DNA of 20,000 bases from a bacterium (lineage in GTDB: Bacteria; JADJOY01), in the NCBI GenBank assembly GCA_046331705.1, contig JAXLQJ010000005.1, forward strand, positions 232,208 to 252,207. Reading direction: 5' to 3'. Below the pieces are notes generated by a model. That model made no database searches and was not told the origin of the DNA. It saw only the letters and a program-made list of their open reading frames with translations. This document shows, piece after piece, positions 16,061-20,000 of this stretch (the first letter of the stretch is position 1; each line of letters begins with the position of its first letter). The position numbers and the translations under genes are program-made.

Positions 16061-17812
16061 ATGGCTGATCTCCCGTCGCGCGTGCCGAACGTTCTCGGCA
16101 ACACGAGCCTCGAGCGCTTCGACGTCGTGATCATCGGCAGCGGGCCCGGCGGCGGCTCCGCCGTGCGCGTGCTCGCCGACGCCGGCCTCACGGTGTGCAT
16201 CCTGGAAGCGGGGAACAATTACTTCCTCGGCCTCGACGATCCGCGACCGGGCTTCCCGATCCCGCTCTTCTCGAGCGACGAGATCAAGCTCAGCACGCGG
16301 AGCCTGGTGCAGCAGCAGGCCCGCGTCGAGCCGCGCACCTTCCGCGAATCCGCGAGCGACGGCCCCCGGACGTACGTCGGCGAGGTCAACAACCTCCCCA
16401 AGGCGGTGGGCGGCGGCCAGATCCACGCCGACGGCAAGACGCCGCGCTTCAACGACTTCGACTTCCGGATGCGTGCCGAGCTGGGCGAGGTCGCCGACGC
16501 CGACTTCGCCGATTGGCCACTCGGCTACGACGAGCTCGAGCCCTTCTACGCCGCCGCCGAGCACGAGGTCGGCGTATCGGGGCTGGCCGGCGCCAACCCG
16601 TTCGAGTCGCCGCGCTCCGGCGACTATCCGCTGCCGCCCGGGCCCGACATGTACGTGGGCGCGCTCCTCGGCGAGGGTGCTCGCAAGCTCGGCTACACCC
16701 CGTTTCCGTATCCGGGCGTGAACCTATCGCGGGCGTACGACGGCCGCCCCGCCTGCAACGACTGTGGCCTCTGCAGCTTCTACGGCTGCCCGACCAACGC
16801 CAAAGGCACGCCCGCCGTCACCACCATCCGCAAGGCGCTGCTCACGGGCCGGGTGCAGCTTCGCTACAACTGCACCGTCACGCGGATCGTCACCAACTCC
16901 GCCGGCAACGAGGTCACCCGCCTCGAGTACCTCGATCCCGCCGGTCAGCCCGCGACGGTGAGCGGCGATCGCTACATCCTCGCCGCCGGCGGCATCGAGT
17001 CGGCGCGGCTTTGCCTGCTGTCCGACCTCGGCGGGCCCGGCGTCGGCAACTCGTCCGACCGCGTCGGCCGCTGCCTCATGTACCACTTCGAGACCCTGGG
17101 GATCGGCATCTATCGCCAGAGCCTGCACGGCGAGCGCGGCCGCTCGGTGGCCTCGGGCATGGCGGATTTCCGCGGCGTGCCGAACGATCCGGCGCGACCG
17201 CTCGGCGGCGTGATCGAGTTCGGCACCAACTCGGAGAAGATCTCCGAGGCCAAGAACTACGTGCACTCGCTGTTCGCCCGCGGACCGTTCCTGAAGAAGC
17301 TGCTGCGCGCGAGCCCGTTCGGCGCGCACATCGGCGTGATGACCATGCAGGGCGAGGACGCGCCCCAGCTCACCAACCGCGTCGACCTCGACCCCGACGT
17401 CCACGACATCCACGGGCTTCCCGCGGCGCGAATCACCTACCGGCCGCACGCCTTCGAGCTCTCGGCGAGCCGCTTCTACGGCGCCAGGATGATCGAGATC
17501 CACGGCGCGGCGGGTGCCCAGTTCGCGTTCGTGGCGCCGCGCTACGACGGCAACGCGACGCCCACGACTCGCCACGTGATGGGCGCCATGCGCATGGGCA
17601 GCGACCCGCGTTCGTCGGTGGTGGACGGGTCGCAGCGCTTCCACGACCTCGGCAACCTGTGGTGCATCGACGGCTCGGTCATGCCCACGGGATCGGGCTA
17701 CAACCCCACGCTCACCATCGAGGCGCTGGCGTTGCGGGCCGCGGGCACGATGGTCGATCCCGCCCGCCCGGAAGCCGTCGTTGCTCGCCTCGCCGCCAGC
17801 CGCGGGCGCTGA
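16061..17812 (+). CDS. GMC oxidoreductase flavoprotein (gluconate-2-dehydrogenase / glucoside-3-dehydrogenase large-subunit-like)
   Basis: FAD motif DVVIIGSGPGGG, then VGGG, DWPLGYDELEPFY, Cys cluster CNDCGLCSFYGCP, HVMGAMRMG and NPTLTIEALA. No own signal peptide. Confidence 0.93.
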   Translation: MADLPSRVPNVLGNTSLERFDVVIIGSGPGGGSAVRVLADAGLTVCILEAGNNYFLGLDDPRPGFPIPLFSSDEIKLSTRSLVQQQARVEPRTFRESASDGPRTYVGEVNNLPKAVGGGQIHADGKTPRFNDFDFRMRAELGEVADADFADWPLGYDELEPFYAAAEHEVGVSGLAGANPFESPRSGDYPLPPGPDMYVGALLGEGARKLGYTPFPYPGVNLSRAYDGRPACNDCGLCSFYGCPTNAKGTPAVTTIRKALLTGRVQLRYNCTVTRIVTNSAGNEVTRLEYLDPAGQPATVSGDRYILAAGGIESARLCLLSDLGGPGVGNSSDRVGRCLMYHFETLGIGIYRQSLHGERGRSVASGMADFRGVPNDPARPLGGVIEFGTNSEKISEAKNYVHSLFARGPFLKKLLRASPFGAHIGVMTMQGEDAPQLTNRVDLDPDVHDIHGLPAARITYRPHAFELSASRFYGARMIEIHGAAGAQFAFVAPRYDGNATPTTRHVMGAMRMGSDPRSSVVDGSQRFHDLGNLWCIDGSVMPTGSGYNPTLTIEALALRAAGTMVDPARPEAVVARLAASRGR

Positions 17813-17837
17813 CGCCCACGCTCTCGGCCCGGAAACC

Positions 17838-18611
17838 TCAGGCGGCGGCGCGCGCGACGCCGCGTCGATTCCAGCGGAACGCGAGCCCGAGCGCCAAGAG
17901 CGCCAGCGCCATCACCTGGTTGGACGAGAGCGCCGGTCCGAGCCAACGGATGTCCTTGGGTGTGTCCGCGCGCCAGAACTCGATCACGAAGCGCCACGTC
18001 GAATACGCGAGCATCCCGACGATCACGAGCTCGCCGTCGTAGCGCTTGCGACGGCGGCGCGCCCACATCCACGCGAAGAGCCCGAATGCGAATCCCGCGC
18101 AGAAGAGTTGCGTGGGGTAGAGGCTCACGAGCTGGTTGCCGACGAGCCGGGTGCTGATGCCCTCGAACCACGAGCCGGCGGCGAGCCGCCGCCCATAGCA
18201 ACAGCCCTCGGCCCAGCAACCGATGCGAAAGACCCCGAGTGCCAGCGCGCCGCCGGGCGCGAGCGCGTCGGCGAGCCGCCACGACTCGACACGCAGCACC
18301 CGCGCCGCCGCCAGCAACCCCACGTACGCCCCGAGGATGCCGCCGTTGAGCGCGAGCCCGCTGGTCACGCAATCGTGCCAGTCGCCGCCACCCGCCAGGT
18401 AGTGCGCCGGGTTGGTGAGCACGTGGTACGCGTGCGCGCCGAGGTGCGCCGCGATCACCAGCGCCAGCAGCGTGGCGCCGGCCTGTGCCGCCCCCAGGTG
18501 CGCCCGCCGGAGCTCGCGCCATCCGAGGATCGCGCCGAGCGCGATCCCCACCCAGTGCAGCGCCAGGTACGACGAGATGCGCCAGGCGCCGACGTGGAAC
18601 AGCGGGTGCAT
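17838..18611 (-). CDS. Prolipoprotein diacylglyceryl transferase (Lgt) family protein, divergent
   Basis: MHPLF start, multiple TM helices, GLALNGG, ADALAP, FRIGCWAEGCCYG, YPTQL, WRFVIEFWR and SSNQ. Symbol withheld because it may be a paralogue. Confidence 0.88.
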   Translation of the reverse strand: MHPLFHVGAWRISSYLALHWVGIALGAILGWRELRRAHLGAAQAGATLLALVIAAHLGAHAYHVLTNPAHYLAGGGDWHDCVTSGLALNGGILGAYVGLLAAARVLRVESWRLADALAPGGALALGVFRIGCWAEGCCYGRRLAAGSWFEGISTRLVGNQLVSLYPTQLFCAGFAFGLFAWMWARRRRKRYDGELVIVGMLAYSTWRFVIEFWRADTPKDIRWLGPALSSNQVMALALLALGLAFRWNRRGVARAAA

Positions 18612-18661
18612 GCGTGGTCCGGGGCGCGTGGTGTCGTGGCGTGCGGGAACGCCGGAGCGAG

Positions 18662-18691
18662 GCGGGCCGGAGGATCCATCCTCCGGCCCGC
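18662..18691. repeat. Perfect 14-bp inverted repeat (strong hairpin) between the S8 and Lgt-like genes
   Basis: GCGGGCCGGAGGAT-CC-ATCCTCCGGCCCGC, with no U-tract on either strand. Confidence 0.8.
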
Positions 18692-18730
18692 AATTCGAAA
18701 GCTCAGATCACGTTGCGCGAGTCGCGCGTG

Positions 18731-20000
18731 TCACTCACCCGCGGGCGGCGCACCGCCGCCGCAGCCACCACCGCTGCAGCTCGCGGGCACGCAATCGTCG
18801 CCGATGCCATCGGCGTCCGCATCCGCCTGGCTGGCGTTCGACACGTACGGGCAGTTGTCGGAGAGATCGGGCACGCCGTCGCCATCGCGGTCGGGTGCCA
18901 CGGCCACCGCGTTGGTCACCGCCTTGTAGGCGTTGAGGCGCATGCCGGTGGTGGTGACGCCGTCCATCGAGGAGATCGGATCGCCGTTGCGCAGGATCTG
19001 TGCGCGCAGCTGCGACATCGAGAGACCCGGGTTGGCCGAGAGCACCAGCGCCGCGACGCCCGCGACGTGCGGCGTGGCCATCGAGGTGCCGCTCAGCGAC
19101 GAGTATCCGCCGCCCATGTAGGTGCTGGTGATGTTCGAGCCGGGCGCACCGATGTCCACCGAGGACGCGCCGTACTGCGAGAACGACGACATCGCGTCCG
19201 TCGACGTCGTCGACGCCACCGCGAGCATGTTGGTGGTGTTCTCGACCGAGGGATACGCATCCGCCGGCTTGCAGTCGTTGTCGACCGCGCTGTTGCCCGC
19301 CGCGTTCACCCACAGGATGCCGTTGTTGCCCGCGTCCTGGATCGCCGCCTTGAGGGCCGGCGCCGAGCCACCGCCGCCCCACGAGTTGCTCGACACGCGA
19401 ATGTCGGCGCCGCTCGCGGCGTTGTTCTTGGTGGCGATCATGTAGTTCACGCACTCGACCGCGTCCGCGTCCGAGCCCGAGCCCGAGGCGCTCAGGAACT
19501 TGCAGGGCACGATCTTCGCGTGCCAGTTGGCACCCGCCACGCCGACGCCGTTGTTGGTGACGGCGCCGATGGTGCCGGCGGTGTGCGTGCCGTGGCCGTT
19601 GTCGTCCTGCGGGTTGCCGGTGTTGGTGATCGCGTTCCAGCCGTGGATGTCGTCGACGTAGCCGTTACCGTCGTCGTCCACGCCCGGCGTGCCCGAGGCC
19701 TCGAGCGCGTTCGTCCAGATGTTGGCCGCGAGGTCCGGATGGGTGAGGTCGGCGCCCGTGTCGGTCACGTTCACCGCGATCGTGGTGCCGCCGGTCGTCA
19801 CGTCCCAAGCCTGCGGTGCCGAGATCTTCGGCCAGCCCCACTGCGAGCCGTACGACGGGTCATTCGGCGTCGCCAGGATGTGGCGGATCCAGTTCGGCTG
19901 GACGTACTCGACGTCCGGGCTCGCCGCCAGCGACGCCACCGCGGCTTCCACCGAGACGTCGGCACGCAGCGTCACGAGCGACGACTTCCCCAGGGAAACT
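18731..20000 (-). CDS. S8 (subtilisin-like) serine protease with C-terminal thrombospondin type-3-like repeats; 5' end outside window
   Basis: Catalytic D (VTDTG), H (HGTHTAG), oxyanion N (AAGN) and S (GTSMATPH). DDDGNGYVDDIHGWN insert, prodomain end PDVEYVQPN, and DRDGDGVPDLSDNCP...DADADGIGDDC. The frame is open to the window end. Confidence 0.95.
   Translation of the reverse strand, partial: VSLGKSSLVTLRADVSVEAAVASLAASPDVEYVQPNWIRHILATPNDPSYGSQWGWPKISAPQAWDVTTGGTTIAVNVTDTGADLTHPDLAANIWTNALEASGTPGVDDDGNGYVDDIHGWNAITNTGNPQDDNGHGTHTAGTIGAVTNNGVGVAGANWHAKIVPCKFLSASGSGSDADAVECVNYMIATKNNAASGADIRVSSNSWGGGGSAPALKAAIQDAGNNGILWVNAAGNSAVDNDCKPADAYPSVENTTNMLAVASTTSTDAMSSFSQYGASSVDIGAPGSNITSTYMGGGYSSLSGTSMATPHVAGVAALVLSANPGLSMSQLRAQILRNGDPISSMDGVTTTGMRLNAYKAVTNAVAVAPDRDGDGVPDLSDNCPYVSNASQADADADGIGDDCVPASCSGGGCGGGAPPAGE

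Noticed and set aside
18662..18733. Selenocysteine readthrough of the protease TGA using the downstream hairpin
   Set aside because: The hairpin is about 40 nt away rather than adjacent. The readthrough peptide is not protein-like and is out of frame with the Lgt-like gene.

Overview
High-GC (roughly 70% by eye) bacterial chromosomal window. The GroEL, Lgt and secreted-protein styles suggest a Deltaproteobacteria-like lineage such as Myxococcota or Binatota (inference only). It holds about 16 CDS (two cut by the window edges) plus one gene remnant. In order: a partial hypothetical, an RCK-type K+ channel, a secreted orphan, a DUF1145-like membrane protein, a divergent lipoprotein pair (MTA/SAH-nucleosidase-like and vanadium haloperoxidase/PAP2-like), a chalcone-isomerase-like protein, an acyl-CoA dehydrogenase, a secreted 6-repeat beta-propeller, groES-groEL, a radical-SAM C-terminal remnant, a large six-hairpin-glycosidase-like lipoprotein divergent from a gluconate-2-dehydrogenase-gamma-like/GMC flavoprotein pair, a divergent Lgt homologue and a partial S8 protease with TSP3-like repeats. 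groESL has a clear sigma70 promoter and a variant CIRCE operator upstream of it. The best leads are: (1) a ~250-nt groES leader that folds by eye into a four-way-junction RNA plus an SD-occluding hairpin; (2) the S8 protease with a Cys/Gly C-terminal tail lying directly upstream of an Lgt homologue with altered motif residues; (3) the glycosidase plus GMC/gamma envelope module; (4) the rSAM remnant abutting the glycosidase gene. No rRNA, tRNA, CRISPR array or IS was recognised. All family calls come from motif recognition by eye, not database searches.
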